This document shows positions 28,218-38,962 of a DNA stretch of 64,000 nucleotides, one piece after another. Position 1 is the first letter of the stretch. Each line of letters opens with the position of its first letter. Source of the stretch: a candidate division WOR-3 bacterium (GTDB lineage: Bacteria; Hydrothermota; Hydrothermia; LBFQ01); the NCBI GenBank assembly GCA_039802605.1, contig JBDRWW010000005.1:1-64000 (forward strand), in the 5' to 3' direction. Under the pieces are notes generated by a model. It made no database searches, was not told the origin of the DNA, and was given only the letters and a program-made list of their open reading frames with translations. Position numbers and translations under genes: made by a program.

Positions 28218-30767
28218 ATGATATCCGAACCCTATAAGGGCAAGATAGTTTCAAATTTAAAGGTTTTGGATTATTCCGAAAGGCTAAACTTAGCGGAAAA
28301 TTACGGTTGGAATGTCCATAAAATCCCAGCCGGTTATGTTCTCGTGGATTTCTACGACCATACGCATAACTCCCTATCCGAGGAGCAGTTTGCCGCATTA
28401 TTCTTAGGGGATGAAGCGTATGCCGGGAGCGAAAACTTTCTAAACATTCAAAGGAAAGTTAAGGAAGTTTTTGGAAAGGATTGGGTTGTACCAGCCCACA
28501 ATATTAGGGGAGCGGAACACCTTCTGTTTAAATCCTATTTACAGGAACAAAGGTTTGCCGCAAATCATCCAACGGATACATTAAGGGTTTTGGCAAAATA
28601 CTTTAAATCGGAAATCTATGAGTTTTCCGATATTTCGGAAATTCCAAAGGACATAAAGTTCGTATATATATCCGCATCGCCAAAAAACATAGAGAAGTTA
28701 GGGGTTTGGTTGGGGGAGTTGAAAAAGGCGGGTAAGTTTTTAATCCTTGACGGTTCAAATCTGTTTTCACTCCTGGCTTTTATGAGCATTGAAAAAAACG
28801 GTGATATTGGGGATTTAAAGGGTGGGGTTTTGGAACTGGTTTCCTTTGCCGATGTTTTGCTAATTGACGCCTCACAGGATCTCTTTTCACATGTCGGCGC
28901 ATTGATTATTACGGGTTATGAGGAGGTTTATCGTAAGTTCCAAAGTTGGGTGGTTTCCTTTGAGGGTTTGCACACATACGGGGGGCTTGCGGGTAGGGAT
29001 ATGGAGGTGATTTATAGGGGGTTTGATGAGGCACTTAGGGGTGATTATCACCTTTGGAGGTATAAGGAAATTGAGAGGTTTTATAAAAAGGTTAAGGAAC
29101 TCGGTTATGAGGTTTCGCCAAAGTTCTCACCTATGGGGTTCCATATAAAGGTTGAAAATCCATACCCTTTTAACTTAGCCCTTTACCTTTCCGGCCAGGT
29201 TAGGGGGTTTGCAAAGAAGAATACCCTTTGCCTTCACATACCCAAAAGGACATATTTAAGGGAACATTACGAATACTTTGCGGATGTTTTGAAATACTTA
29301 AAGGATAAACCCCTGCCGAACCTATCGCCCGACTTTGAAACGGATTTCAAAGAGGATGAGGTCTTAACATTTACCCCCTCAAAACCCCTTTATAGGTATG
29401 ATGTTGTGCCCTTTAACGCATACCCTTACAGGTTCAAATCCGTTGAACTCCTTATACACAGGAGCAGGGAGTATAGGGAAAGGGCTATAGAGGAGGCGGG
29501 TTATAATACCTTCCTTTTGAGAAGTGAGGATGTTTATATAGACCTACTCACGGATTCGGGTACGGCGGCTATGAGCGATGAGCAGTGGGCTGATGCCTTA
29601 TATTATGAATGGAAGGACCCTTATGAGTATTTGAGGCAGGCGGTTTATGATGTTTTCGGATTTAATTACTTTATACCCACACATCAGGGAAGGCAGGCGG
29701 AGCACTTCATATCACAGGCCCTGATAAAACCGGGGCAATATGTCATAAACAATATGTATTTTACGACCACGAGGTTCCATCAGGAATATGCCGGTGGAAT
29801 ATTTGTAGATCTTATAATACCGGAGGCTCACGACCCCACATCCGAACATCCCTTTAAAGGGAACCTTGATGTTGATGCGGTTTATAGATTTATTAAGGAA
29901 AAGGGTCCAAAAAATGTGGCGTATATATGCGTTGAAACGAATGTGAATATGGCGGGTGGACAACCCGTATCCCTTGAAAATGTTAAGAAAATAAGGGAAA
30001 TAGCCGATGAGTTTGGAATTCCCGTAGTTTTTGATGCAACAAGGATTGCGGAAAACGCGTACTTTATAAAAACGAGGGAAAAGGGTTATGAAAATTGGAG
30101 TATAAAGGACATAATAAGGGAACTGCTTTCTTATGCGGATGCGGCAAGTATATCCGCAAAAAAGGATCCTCTAACCAACATAAGCGGATTACTCCTTATA
30201 AGGGATCCGGAGGTTTATAATAGGGTTTATGAGTTTGCAACCGCCTTTGACGGTTCCCCTTATGACGGGGGTTTGGCCGATAGGGATTTGGCCATATTGG
30301 CAAGGGGCCTTTACGAGATGACGGATTACCATTACCTAAGGAGTAGGATTCAGCAGGTTCAATATTTGGGGGAGAAATTGCATTCCCTCGGAATACCGGT
30401 TGTTAGGCCCATTGGTGGGCATGCGGTTTATTTGGATGCCAAGAGTTTTTTACCCCATATACCGCAGGATGAATATCCAGCCCAGGTTTTGGCGGCGGAG
30501 ATTTATATAGAGGGTGGGGTTAGGGTTATGGAGAGGGGAACGGTTTCGGCGGGAAGGGATCCGGAAACCGGAGAGAATAGAAAACCAAAACTTGAACTCG
30601 TTAGGATCACAATATCTAGGAGGGTATACACAACGGATCATATGGATCAGGTGATAGAAACCATATTGGGTGTTTGGAACAGGAGGGAAAGTATAAGGGG
30701 TTTGGAATTCGTTTATGAGGCGCCCTTTTTGAGGTTCTTCACATCAAGGTTCAAAAGGAAGGGATAG
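28218..30767 (+). CDS. tpl: Tandem-duplicated tyrosine phenol-lyase (two beta-eliminating lyase domains)
   Basis: C-copy: IDLLTDSG, THQGR, YFTTTR, DATR, SAKKD, MERG, LRFFTSRF (TPL-type rather than tryptophanase-type); N-copy: GDEAYAGS, EGLHTYGGLAGRDME. Confidence 0.88.
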   Translation: MISEPYKGKIVSNLKVLDYSERLNLAENYGWNVHKIPAGYVLVDFYDHTHNSLSEEQFAALFLGDEAYAGSENFLNIQRKVKEVFGKDWVVPAHNIRGAEHLLFKSYLQEQRFAANHPTDTLRVLAKYFKSEIYEFSDISEIPKDIKFVYISASPKNIEKLGVWLGELKKAGKFLILDGSNLFSLLAFMSIEKNGDIGDLKGGVLELVSFADVLLIDASQDLFSHVGALIITGYEEVYRKFQSWVVSFEGLHTYGGLAGRDMEVIYRGFDEALRGDYHLWRYKEIERFYKKVKELGYEVSPKFSPMGFHIKVENPYPFNLALYLSGQVRGFAKKNTLCLHIPKRTYLREHYEYFADVLKYLKDKPLPNLSPDFETDFKEDEVLTFTPSKPLYRYDVVPFNAYPYRFKSVELLIHRSREYRERAIEEAGYNTFLLRSEDVYIDLLTDSGTAAMSDEQWADALYYEWKDPYEYLRQAVYDVFGFNYFIPTHQGRQAEHFISQALIKPGQYVINNMYFTTTRFHQEYAGGIFVDLIIPEAHDPTSEHPFKGNLDVDAVYRFIKEKGPKNVAYICVETNVNMAGGQPVSLENVKKIREIADEFGIPVVFDATRIAENAYFIKTREKGYENWSIKDIIRELLSYADAASISAKKDPLTNISGLLLIRDPEVYNRVYEFATAFDGSPYDGGLADRDLAILARGLYEMTDYHYLRSRIQQVQYLGEKLHSLGIPVVRPIGGHAVYLDAKSFLPHIPQDEYPAQVLAAEIYIEGGVRVMERGTVSAGRDPETGENRKPKLELVRITISRRVYTTDHMDQVIETILGVWNRRESIRGLEFVYEAPFLRFFTSRFKRKG

Positions 30768-31332
30768 AGACTTCCAATTTTATCCAATCGCCCGAACCTA
30801 TTAAGTTTTCCCAAATGGTTTTATCCACGGTTTCTTTTAACAAAATCCTCCTCAAAACCTCAATGGCCAGTTGGTGTGATACCACAAAAACGACATTATA
30901 AGCGTTTATTTCGGAAAACCACAAAATATCCCTTACGGCCTTTTCGAGCCTTTCCGCCATATCAAGAACGCTCTCTCCGCCGGGTGGCGCCACATCAACC
31001 GTCCCCCAAAGTTCCGGAAATTCCTCCCTTATACCTTCGTAAAATTTCCCTTCCAATTCCCCCATATTCCTCTCCCTCAGTCTCCAATCGAGTAAAACGG
31101 GCGCATTTGGATGTAGTCGCCTTATAAGGTTTGCGGATATTATGGCCCTTTTTAAGTCGGATGAGAATATTACATCGGGATTATCCGGTATTTTTCCGAC
31201 CTTTTCCAAGAATATCTTTTTGGCCTCTTCATAAGGTTCTATATCCGCCCACCCTTGTATTCTCCTCTCATCATTCCAAACCGTTCTCGCGTGCCTTATT
31301 AGGTAGATTTTCATAATGTATCGTCCAGCCAA
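30751..31332 (-). CDS. Histidine phosphatase family protein
   Basis: LIRHART.WN, SSDLKRA, LRERNMG.LEG, GGES, VSH. Confidence 0.9.
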   Translation of the reverse strand: MAGRYIMKIYLIRHARTVWNDERRIQGWADIEPYEEAKKIFLEKVGKIPDNPDVIFSSDLKRAIISANLIRRLHPNAPVLLDWRLRERNMGELEGKFYEGIREEFPELWGTVDVAPPGGESVLDMAERLEKAVRDILWFSEINAYNVVFVVSHQLAIEVLRRILLKETVDKTIWENLIGSGDWIKLEVSIPSF

Positions 31333-31595
31333 GGGAATTTGCTTTTGTAAAACCTAACAAAGCGGGGGTATAATATCCCTCCGAGGATATCCTTTATAAA
31401 CTGCTTAACCTCTTCGTGGGAGACCTTCCCCGAGTATATCTCGTCTATAAATTCCGCAACACTGTAAGCCCCGGGTGGCATGGCCATGGCATCGTATCCG
31501 GAGAGTTTGTAATCCATAAACTCCCAAGAAACCATATATATTGCCAAAAGGATGGCCTCAACATATTCCCTGTTTTCAACCTTTTGCAATTTCAT
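31311..31595 (-). CDS. Hypothetical protein
   Basis: ORF overlapping both neighbours in a co-directional run; no motif recognised. Confidence 0.55.
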   Translation of the reverse strand: MKLQKVENREYVEAILLAIYMVSWEFMDYKLSGYDAMAMPPGAYSVAEFIDEIYSGKVSHEEVKQFIKDILGGILYPRFVRFYKSKFPWLDDTL

Positions 31596-32418
31596 CAACA
31601 ACCCCTTCTATTTTTCTCTTATTTTCCTCGGAAGGTTCAACCAGGGGGAGTCTATAAGGCCCCATTTTAAAACCGATATGGTTTAATGCCCATTTAAGGG
31701 GAATGGGATTGGGTTCAACGAAAAGGACTTTAAACAAGGGGTATAGTTTTAGGTGCATTTTCGGGTCCTTGGTTTTAACGAGTTGAACTACGAGTTGGGG
31801 GAAGACATTGCTGGCAACGGAAACAACCCCGGATGCCCCTATGGACATAAAGGGTAATGTCATTGAATCGTCGCCGGATAAAACGAAAAACCCTTCCCTT
31901 GCCTTTAAAAGGATTTCCGAAACCGCATCGCAAGAACCCGAAGCCTCCTTTATACCCACTATGTTTTCAATATAAGATAGTTCCGCAACGGTTGAAGGGG
32001 ATATGGAAATCCCAGTCCTTGAAGGCACATTGTATAAAACTATTGGAATTCCCACCTTTGAGACCTCCCTAAAAAACTCGTAAAGTCCCCTTTGTGAGGT
32101 TTTAAGGTAATAGGGGACAACCACGAGGGCGTAATCGTACCCCAGATTATAAACCCTTTCCGTCCACTTTAAAACACTTTTTAAGTTGTTTGTCCCAGTC
32201 CCCGCTATAAGTTTTAAACCCTCTGGCGAGTTTTCCTTCAAAACCCTAAAAACCTCATCTTTCTCTTTATCGTCCAACAACGGCGCCTCACCCGTTGTAC
32301 CCAAAACGACTACCCCATCCACACCGTTTTTGTGCTGAAACTCCAAGAGTTTGATATACTCTTCAAAGTTTATACTCCCGTCCTCTTTATAAGGTGTTGG
32401 TAAGGCCGTCCAAACCAT
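31576..32418 (-). CDS. dapA: 4-hydroxy-tetrahydrodipicolinate synthase
   Basis: GTTGE, PYY, YNVPSRTG, GIKEASG, SGDD, EPNPIP; start moved to ATG 32418 (TAAAAT 8 nt upstream). Confidence 0.93.
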   Translation of the reverse strand: MVWTALPTPYKEDGSINFEEYIKLLEFQHKNGVDGVVVLGTTGEAPLLDDKEKDEVFRVLKENSPEGLKLIAGTGTNNLKSVLKWTERVYNLGYDYALVVVPYYLKTSQRGLYEFFREVSKVGIPIVLYNVPSRTGISISPSTVAELSYIENIVGIKEASGSCDAVSEILLKAREGFFVLSGDDSMTLPFMSIGASGVVSVASNVFPQLVVQLVKTKDPKMHLKLYPLFKVLFVEPNPIPLKWALNHIGFKMGPYRLPLVEPSEENKRKIEGVVDEIAKG

Positions 32419-32490
32419 AAACGGGAATTTTAACGGGGATTTGGAAGTCCCATTTAGCAAAAAATCCGGCTTTACAATACCCGCTAACTT

Positions 32491-33180
32491 ATGAAGCTCC
32501 TATACGAAGGGAAATCAAAAAAGGTTTATGAAATCAGCGATAATGAGGTTTTTGTGGAGTTTAAAGATGAGGTTACGGCTTTTAACGCGCAGGTAAAGGC
32601 GGAGTTTAAGGGTAAAGGGTATTACACATTCAAAATATCCTCCCTCCTCTTTGAACTCCTGAAAAGCAAGGGAATACCAACACACTACATAGAGCCGGAT
32701 ACGAATGGGTTTAAGGCGTATAAGGTTAAAATCCTCCCCGTTGAGGTGGTTTTAAGGAATAGGGCGGCGGGTAGTATCGTTAAAAGGCTTGGTATTCCCG
32801 AAAATACGGAGTTCAAACCCCCTCTAATTGAATTTTTCTATAAGTCCGACGAGTTGGGAGACCCATTGGTTTGTAAGGAACACATACTGAGGTTTGGCTG
32901 GATGGGCGAGAAGGAGTTAAGGGAGGTTGAGGCATTAGCCTTTGAGATTACGAAAATTCTAACGGACTTTTTCGCCGGGAAAAACCTTCTACTCGTTGAT
33001 ATAAAATACGAATTTGGGATTACAAACGATAACCGTATAGTCCTTGCGGATGAAATAAGTCCGGATACTTTCAGGGTTTGGACGGTAAAGGGTGAGAGCC
33101 TTGACAAGGATGTTTTCAGGAAAGAGGGTAGGAATGTGGTTGAGGTTTATAAAAAGCTTTACGAAACATTGGTGGGGTAA
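32491..33180 (+). CDS. purC: SAICAR synthase
   Basis: [44 protein letters not shown]. Confidence 0.95.
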   Translation: MKLLYEGKSKKVYEISDNEVFVEFKDEVTAFNAQVKAEFKGKGYYTFKISSLLFELLKSKGIPTHYIEPDTNGFKAYKVKILPVEVVLRNRAAGSIVKRLGIPENTEFKPPLIEFFYKSDELGDPLVCKEHILRFGWMGEKELREVEALAFEITKILTDFFAGKNLLLVDIKYEFGITNDNRIVLADEISPDTFRVWTVKGESLDKDVFRKEGRNVVEVYKKLYETLVG

Positions 33181-33185
33181 AATCT

Positions 33186-33668
33186 ATGGAAAGGCCTTTG
33201 GTTTCAATAGTAATGGGCAGCGCATCGGATAAGGATAAAATGGAGGGCGCGGCGGAGGTTTTGAAGGAATTCGGCGTTCCCTTTGAGGTTAAGGTTGTAT
33301 CCGCCCACAGAAGCCCCGATGTCGCTTATGAATACGCGAAAAATGCGAGGGAAAGGGGTATAGAGGTTATAATCGCGGGTGCCGGAGGCGCCGCCCATTT
33401 ACCGGGGGTTTTGGCCGCAATAACAACATTGCCGGTTATAGGGGTACCCATAAACGCATCACCTTTAAACGGCGTTGATTCCCTGTATTCAATAGTTCAA
33501 ATGCCACCCGGAATACCCGTCGCAACCGTTGGTATAGATTCGTCGAGAAATGCGGGGCTCTTGGCGATTAGAATACTGTCCATAAAATACCCGGAATACG
33601 CCGAAAAATTGCAGAAATATGCCGAAAAATTAAGGGAAAAGGTTTTAAACAGCAAGGTGGAATATTAG
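33186..33668 (+). CDS. purE: N5-CAIR mutase
   Basis: [35 protein letters not shown]. Confidence 0.96.
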   Translation: MERPLVSIVMGSASDKDKMEGAAEVLKEFGVPFEVKVVSAHRSPDVAYEYAKNARERGIEVIIAGAGGAAHLPGVLAAITTLPVIGVPINASPLNGVDSLYSIVQMPPGIPVATVGIDSSRNAGLLAIRILSIKYPEYAEKLQKYAEKLREKVLNSKVEY

Positions 33669-35109
33669 GGAACGCTTAGGGCTTTTCTTAATCCCGTCTC
33701 TTATAACATTCGTTTTTTATAGTAAGAGTTTGGGTTTCTCCTTTGTTTGGGATGATTTGGCAAACTTTAACACCCTTTCGCATATGGCCCTATCCGATGT
33801 CATTAAGCCATCACCCAAAATAATATCTTTGAGTTCCCTCTTTGCCTCAAACTGGCGACCTTTAACAAACGGTTTATTTGTTTTTTTCGGCAACTTTACC
33901 CCCTTCTTCGCCCACTTTGTAAATCTCTTATTCTTCTCCCTCAGCGTTGGGGTTTTATCCCTTTTGATATTCGAATTAACGAAAAATACCGCATCTTCTT
34001 TAACTTTTTCCCTAACGTTCTCCCTACACCCCGCAAGTGTTGAGAGTGCGGTATGGCCTTCATCCTTTTCCCTATATATCCTCCCCTCCCTGTTATCCGT
34101 ATATCTCGCTTTGAAAAATAGAAAATCCTTATCCGCGGTTTTCTACTCGGCTGCCCTACTATTTAAGGAAAGCGCTTTGGCCGTTTTCCCGGTATTATTT
34201 TTTATAACGGGGGGAAAGGGAAAGGTTGTATATACCGCGATAACCGCTTCATATCTCATTTTAAGGCAGTTTGCCGTAGGGGTTATACCATACGAGCAAA
34301 AGCCGCATTATGACATAAACACACTAAGGGACATGCTTTTGGGCTTGGGTTTTTATGTTAAAAGCACCTTCTTCCCCTACCCTTTTAGGGTTTATACCCC
34401 CGATGTTCCAAAGGATTTTTGGGTAATATTGTTCTTGATAATTGGTATAATTGCCTCTTTCTTTCTCTTTTTAAGGTTTAGGGAAACGGGGGTATGGGTT
34501 ATCCTATTCTTTTCAAACCTTTTATTGCACCTTTTGGTTGTGGGTTTTGAGAGGGCGCCTTCCGTACTGTCTTATAGGTATATGGCTTTGAGTTTGGCCG
34601 CACTTGTAATAATTTTGGCGTTAGTGTTTAAGGAAAGGGGGCAGATTTTCTTCTTACCGGTTCTCGGAATATCCTCGGTGTTTTCCTTTAATGTTATGGA
34701 CATTTGGAGGGATAATTTTAACTTTTGGGAAAAGGCTTATGATAACAACCCGGATGACCCAACGGTTTTATTAAACTACGGTTCAACACTGCTTTCAAGG
34801 GGTGATACACTCGGATTAAATTTAATGTGGAAGATAATAAAGGGGAATTATGAAAACGAGGATAAGTTTGATGCCGGTGTAAATATAATGGCTTATCACT
34901 TCAACAAGGGGGATTTTGAAAGATGCCTTGAATTTTCCGACAAAATAAGGTCTTTGGGTGAAAACGATTTGTACTATTACCTCAAAACGTTGTGCGCGTT
35001 AAATGTGGGGGATACGCTTGGGGCAAAGGAGAGTATAAAGGAAGGTATAACAAAATACCCACATAGGCCTGAACTCTTAGACCTGGCCAAAAAATTGGGA
35101 GTTATTTGA
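33664..35109 (+). CDS. GT-C-fold membrane glycosyltransferase with C-terminal TPR (TMTC-like); start probably upstream of the track's 33730
   Basis: FVWDD, WRPL, LHP..VESAVW, LLFKE motifs; frame open from 33661 with a first TM helix. Confidence 0.7.
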   Translation: MRERLGLFLIPSLITFVFYSKSLGFSFVWDDLANFNTLSHMALSDVIKPSPKIISLSSLFASNWRPLTNGLFVFFGNFTPFFAHFVNLLFFSLSVGVLSLLIFELTKNTASSLTFSLTFSLHPASVESAVWPSSFSLYILPSLLSVYLALKNRKSLSAVFYSAALLFKESALAVFPVLFFITGGKGKVVYTAITASYLILRQFAVGVIPYEQKPHYDINTLRDMLLGLGFYVKSTFFPYPFRVYTPDVPKDFWVILFLIIGIIASFFLFLRFRETGVWVILFFSNLLLHLLVVGFERAPSVLSYRYMALSLAALVIILALVFKERGQIFFLPVLGISSVFSFNVMDIWRDNFNFWEKAYDNNPDDPTVLLNYGSTLLSRGDTLGLNLMWKIIKGNYENEDKFDAGVNIMAYHFNKGDFERCLEFSDKIRSLGENDLYYYLKTLCALNVGDTLGAKESIKEGITKYPHRPELLDLAKKLGVI

Positions 35110-35428
35110 CGGATTCGTCAATCCATTTTAAGTAATCCGGGTTTCCGGCAATTATAGGCAGTGCTATTATTTCGGGGACTGTGTATGGATGGTTTTCCTT
35201 TATGGTTTTTTCAAGGGTTTCAAACTTTTCCGTGGATGTCTTTATTATAAGTAGTTCTTCGTCGTCCCTTTCAATGTTTCCCTTCCACCAATAGAAAGAC
35301 CTCAAACCCTTAACCACATTTACGCACGCCGCAACCTTTTCCTTAACGAGGATATCCGCCAACTCCTCCCCTTTGCCCCTTGGGACGGTGCAAAAAACGA
35401 CTATATAATGGATTTCGTTTCTTCCCAT
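35102..35428 (-). CDS. cutA: Divalent-cation tolerance protein CutA
   Basis: AACVN, SFYWWKG, HPYTVPEI. Confidence 0.93.
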   Translation of the reverse strand: MGRNEIHYIVVFCTVPRGKGEELADILVKEKVAACVNVVKGLRSFYWWKGNIERDDEELLIIKTSTEKFETLEKTIKENHPYTVPEIIALPIIAGNPDYLKWIDESVK

Positions 35429-36138
35429 AGCTTATCCATCTCCTCCAATGTTAAATCGCTTAAATTCTTGCCCCTTTCCTTGGCGAGTTTCTCCATTAAG
35501 GAAAACCTCTCTATAAACTTTTTATTTGTGAATTTCAGGGAATCCTCGGCGTAATACCCGGCTTTCCTCGCAAACTGCGCCAAGGTAAATAGCAAATCCC
35601 CCAACTCCTTAAACCTATCTTCACCCTTTGAGCTCATAAACTCGGAGAATTCTTCCTCAACCTTTTTTAGGACTTCGTCATCGCTTTTCCAATCAAAACC
35701 AACCCTGGCAACCTTCTCGCCCAAGCGGTGCGCCAAAATTAAGGCCGGCCTTCTAAAATCAATTCCGGAAAGCATACCGTCCTTTTTTGTAATCTCCCAA
35801 TTCCTCAAAAGTTCCTTTATACCCCAACCCCTTTTATCTCCAAATATATGTGGGTGTTTAAACACGAGTTTGTTTTTTGCGTTTTCAATTATTTCCTCTG
35901 CCTTTCCGATACCCTCGTCTTCGGCAATGAAGAGTAGCATAACAACCGTAGCCAACAAATCCCCTATCTCCTCTTTTATCCTGTCCTTATTGTTATCCTC
36001 AACCGCCTCTATGTATTCATAAACCTCTTCCAAAGCCTGATACCTCAAAGAGAAAAGGGTTTGCTGCCTATCCCAAGGGCATTCCCTTCTCAAAACTTTG
36101 ATTATTTCAACGAATTCCGCTAGATTTTTTAATCCCAT
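35401..36138 (-). CDS. mazG: Nucleoside triphosphate pyrophosphohydrolase MazG
   Basis: CPWDRQQT, EEIGDLL, HPHIFG, GFDW, ELGDLLF. Confidence 0.92.
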   Translation of the reverse strand: MGLKNLAEFVEIIKVLRRECPWDRQQTLFSLRYQALEEVYEYIEAVEDNNKDRIKEEIGDLLATVVMLLFIAEDEGIGKAEEIIENAKNKLVFKHPHIFGDKRGWGIKELLRNWEITKKDGMLSGIDFRRPALILAHRLGEKVARVGFDWKSDDEVLKKVEEEFSEFMSSKGEDRFKELGDLLFTLAQFARKAGYYAEDSLKFTNKKFIERFSLMEKLAKERGKNLSDLTLEEMDKLWEETKSII

Positions 36139-37148
36139 TCCATCACCTTCTTTATAGCCCTCTTTATTCTAAAAGCATCCGGGTGATAATACACCTGTTG
36201 GGCGAAGGGGTATGGGGTATCGTATCCGGTTACCCTAATTATAGGCGCTAAAAGGTATTCTATGGCCTTTTCCGCAACGAATGCGGAAAGTTCGGAGGCC
36301 ATACTCGCTATCTTTGGGGATTCATTAACGACTATTAGCCTACCGGTTTTCGCCACGGAATTCAATATGGCCTCCCTATCAAAGGGTATTATGGTTTGAA
36401 GGTCTATAACCTCAACGGATATACCCTCTTCCCTTTCAATCTCATCCGCCGCTTGCTTTGAAGGATAAACCATATAACCGTATGTTATTATCGTTACATC
36501 CTTTCCTTCCCTAACTATTCTCGCCTTACCAAAGGGTATTGTGTAATCCTCGTCCGGAACCTCCTCCTTAACCGCCATATAAATCTTTTTGGGTTCAAGG
36601 TAAATAACGGGGTCATCCCCCCTTAAAGCCGTTCTCAAAAGACCCTTTGCGTTATAAGGGGTTGAGGGTATTGCTATAAAAACCCCACCCATATGAGCAA
36701 ATATTGCTTCCGGGCTTTGGCTGTGATAATGTCCACCACCTATCCCGCCGCCGTATGGTGCCCTTATTACAACGGGAGCCTTCCACTGGCCTCCCGATCT
36801 ATACCTTATTTTTGATATTTCGCTCATAAGTTGATCAAATCCCGGCCAGATAAAGTCTATAAACTGTATCTCCGCAACGGGTTTTAAACCGTATAAAGCC
36901 ATACCGAAAGCCGCCCCTAAGATCCCGGCTTCGGATAGGGGTGTATCTATAACCCTTTCTTCGCCGAATTCATCTATTAGCCCTTCCGTAACCAGGAAAA
37001 CCCCACCCCTCCTACCCACATCCTCGCCGAGTACAATTATCCTGTCATCCCTACGCATTTCCTCCGCGAGGGTATCCCTTATAGCCTGTCTCAATTGAAC
37101 CGCCTTTTTACTCGTGGGTTGTGCTCCCTCTTCAAGTTTTATTACCAT
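36129..37148 (-). CDS. 2-oxoacid dehydrogenase E1 beta subunit (PDH/BCKDH)
   Basis: GEDVG, DTPLSEAGI, EIQFIDF, HSQSPE; start moved to ATG 37148 (TAAAAT 7 nt upstream). Confidence 0.93.
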   Translation of the reverse strand: MVIKLEEGAQPTSKKAVQLRQAIRDTLAEEMRRDDRIIVLGEDVGRRGGVFLVTEGLIDEFGEERVIDTPLSEAGILGAAFGMALYGLKPVAEIQFIDFIWPGFDQLMSEISKIRYRSGGQWKAPVVIRAPYGGGIGGGHYHSQSPEAIFAHMGGVFIAIPSTPYNAKGLLRTALRGDDPVIYLEPKKIYMAVKEEVPDEDYTIPFGKARIVREGKDVTIITYGYMVYPSKQAADEIEREEGISVEVIDLQTIIPFDREAILNSVAKTGRLIVVNESPKIASMASELSAFVAEKAIEYLLAPIIRVTGYDTPYPFAQQVYYHPDAFRIKRAIKKVMEWD

Positions 37149-37181
37149 AGCGGGAATTTTAAGGGAGTAAAATTCCATCCT

Positions 37182-37210
37182 TTGACAAAAATTAAACACA
37201 CCCTTAGAAT
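37182..37210 (+). promoter_or_regulatory. Sigma70-type promoter TTGACA-N17-TAGAAT
   Basis: TTGACA 37182-37187, 17-nt spacer, TAGAAT 37205-37210. Confidence 0.75.
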
Positions 37211-37218
37211 ATCGGTAT

Positions 37219-38962
37219 ATAGTAATTGCAACCATTATTTCGGCGGGTTTAATTCTCTCACAGGATTTTGAGGGCGCTTCCCACCTAGCGGGTGGGTAAA
37301 GCTGGATTTGGGCGCAAGTTCTTCGGATGGGTGGAGGAGGGCCAGTTATAAGGCGAGGTCTGGTGTATATTCGGCGACCGTGGTTTATACAACATCTTAC
37401 CAAAACGAATGGTTAATAACCCCCGCACTGGACTTATCAACGGCTACCCATGTTATACTTTGGTTTTATGAGGACGAATACTACTGGGATGGATGGGGTG
37501 AACACCACAGGATAAGGGTTTCAACCACATCCCAAACGGATACCTCAACATTTACAACCGTTTTGGATATGACGCCTTATACCCATAACATCAACGGTTT
37601 CAAAGGGGATCCGGTTGTTGTTGATCTGTCATCGTTTGCCGGAAACTCAACGGTATATGTGGCATTTCAGTATGAAGGTACGGATGCGGATGTTTGGATG
37701 GTGGATGATATAGGCGTATGGGTGGCTCATCCAAACGATGTAAGACCCGTAGCGCTCGTTTCACCTTCGGAGTATGCCCCCTCTTACTTCACGCCAAGGG
37801 TAAGGATTCAAAACTTCGGAGACAACCCACAAAGCAACATACCCATCAGACTCATATTTGAAACATTGGACGGAACACCCGTTTATAATCAGGTGGCAAA
37901 TTATACGGGAACTTTGAACTTTTTCGACACCGCAACCGTTAACTTTCCGACATTCACCGGCTCCGACAACAGGGTTTATAGGTATTACATAATAACCGAG
38001 TTGCCCTCGGATAATTACAGGGGAAACGATACCATTACCGGATATATATATACATACACAACGCCTATGATGGTATTGTTTGAAAGGTTCACCCAGCACA
38101 ACTGTGGCCCTTGCGCCTCGGCGGATCCCTATCAACTCAGCATATACCAATCACATGTGGATACCGCTTATAACATAGGCATGATAACATATCACGCCTG
38201 GTGGCCGGGTTCAAACAACGACCCATTTTATAGATACGATACGATGCCACAAAGGCAGAGGATAATTTATTACGGCGTAAACGCCGTTCCTTGGTTGGTA
38301 TTGAACGGTGTTAACAATGTGGGACCCAATTGGACAACCTGGGCTTCTCAGGTTTCATATGAAGAATCTTACAGGAAAACGCCCGTTGAGTTCAAGTTTG
38401 ATTTATCAAATACCTTTGTGGATTTAAACGGTGATGGTTTTATATCGCTTTGGATTAAGCAGATAGGCGAAATGGTTAATAAACCCTATAAGCTCCGCGC
38501 GGTTATAGTGCAGGATAGCGTCTATTACAACGCCCCCAACGGTACAAATTTCCACATAATGAAGTTCAGGCAGTGGAGGGATACATCCTTTACAGCGTTG
38601 GCTATGGGGGATTCGGTTTATTACAGCATACCTTTTAACCTCGTGGTTCCACCCACATATCCTACGGATCCGGGAATAGAACTTGATAAACTCGTTGCAG
38701 TAGTATTTATACAAAGCGATGACGATAAAAAGGTTTGGGGTGTTGGTACTTTCCCCGTGGGTAGGTTCTTAGGTGTATCCGAAAGTGTATCCAAAAGGTG
38801 TTCTTACCTTCCAAACAAAGGGTTGAGATTAAGGTTTATTCCACTTCCGGTAGGTTGGTAAAGGTATATACAACCGAATTCGCCGGTTGGAAGGAGTTTA
38901 AACCCGTTTTACCAAAAGGTACATATATTGCGGAGGTTAAAGTTGGAGGGAATAAATCTTAG
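37219..38962 (+). pseudogene. Omp28-related/choice-of-anchor-J surface protein with T9SS-like CTD; frameshifts near 37277 and 38797
   Basis: Frame 1 IVIATIISAGLILSQDFEGA joins frame 2 FPPSGW...WLITP.LDLS...ERFTQHNCGPC; CTD VEIKVYSTSGRLVK...LPKGTYIAEVK lies out of frame at 38798-38962. Confidence 0.7.

Noticed and set aside
28218..30767. Annotation as tryptophanase (tnaA)
   Set aside because: Specificity positions are TPL-type (YFTTTR, MERG, LRFF) rather than tryptophanase-type (FDTT, EIGS, LRHF).
37149..37403. ORF-track N-terminal extension of E1-beta (likewise dapA to 32460, nuoA to 59531, HD protein to 26443, csx3 to 19272)
   Set aside because: The extensions lack family similarity and cross promoter motifs or neighbouring genes; downstream ATGs fit better.
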